A stretch of DNA of 64,000 bases, from IMG/VR virus record IMGVR_UViG_3300028025_002789, positions 1 to 64,000 of that record; one strand, given 5' to 3'. This DNA comes from a virus. The translations under genes were made by a program, and so were the position numbers. Of this stretch, positions 63,842 through 64,000 are shown piece by piece; the stretch's first letter is position 1, and each line of letters starts with the position of its first letter. Under the pieces are notes generated by a model. It ran no database searches and was not told where the DNA came from. It saw only the letters and a program-made list of their open reading frames with translations.

Positions 63842-64000
63842 AAGGACTTGGACTTGATATAACTGGTGAGACGTCAAATGATTTCCTATGCTACTGCCCA
63901 TTTCATTCTAATAGACACACTTCAAGCTTTAGCGTAAGCAGAGAGTATGGTGCTTTTATATGTTTTAATCCAGCATGCGGAGAAGCTGGAACTCTTATAG
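63766..64000 (+). CDS. DNA primase, N-terminal CHC2 Zn finger (partial)
   Basis: Manual: ...LCYCPFHSNRHTSSFSV...FICFNPACGEAG. Confidence 0.85.
   Translation, partial: MAIRGNYARKVDSTQYSPNHIKSILKGLGLDITGETSNDFLCYCPFHSNRHTSSFSVSREYGAFICFNPACGEAGTLI

Overview
A 64-kb segment of a large, AT-rich tailed dsDNA phage. A siphovirus is suggested by the 2151-aa tape measure and the absence of a recognisable sheath gene. The host is inferred to be Actinomycetota, from TANNNT -10 elements, many leaderless genes, GAAAGG ribosome-binding sites and actinobacterial transcription-factor motifs. Layout: (i) 1-6200, a leftward, early-type array of about 22 small genes, many missed by the ORF track; (ii) 6300-9600, six tRNAs, an FkbM methyltransferase, an HNH protein, mini-proteins and two candidate non-coding elements; (iii) 9600-15400, a transglycosylase, glycosyltransferases, class II ribonucleotide reductase and a holin-like gene; (iv) 15450-35200, fibre/virion accessory genes interrupted by a flavin-dependent halogenase plus glycosyltransferase cassette; (v) 35200-60300, portal, protease, capsid, head-tail, tail and tape measure genes; (vi) 60300-64000, a phosphoesterase, DnaB-like helicase and the start of a primase. 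Main finding: the leftward array is driven by 11 exactly spaced copies of TGTC(R)G-N10-TANNNT, which matches the actinobacterial PafBC/RecA-NDp DNA-damage promoter. These are combined with seven helically phased CRP boxes, WhiA-type GACAC motifs next to -35 boxes, and an unexplained palindrome. Together this suggests a phage early module wired to the host's DNA-damage, cAMP and cell-division regulators. All motif counts are from manual reading, and family names come from recalled motifs, not database searches.
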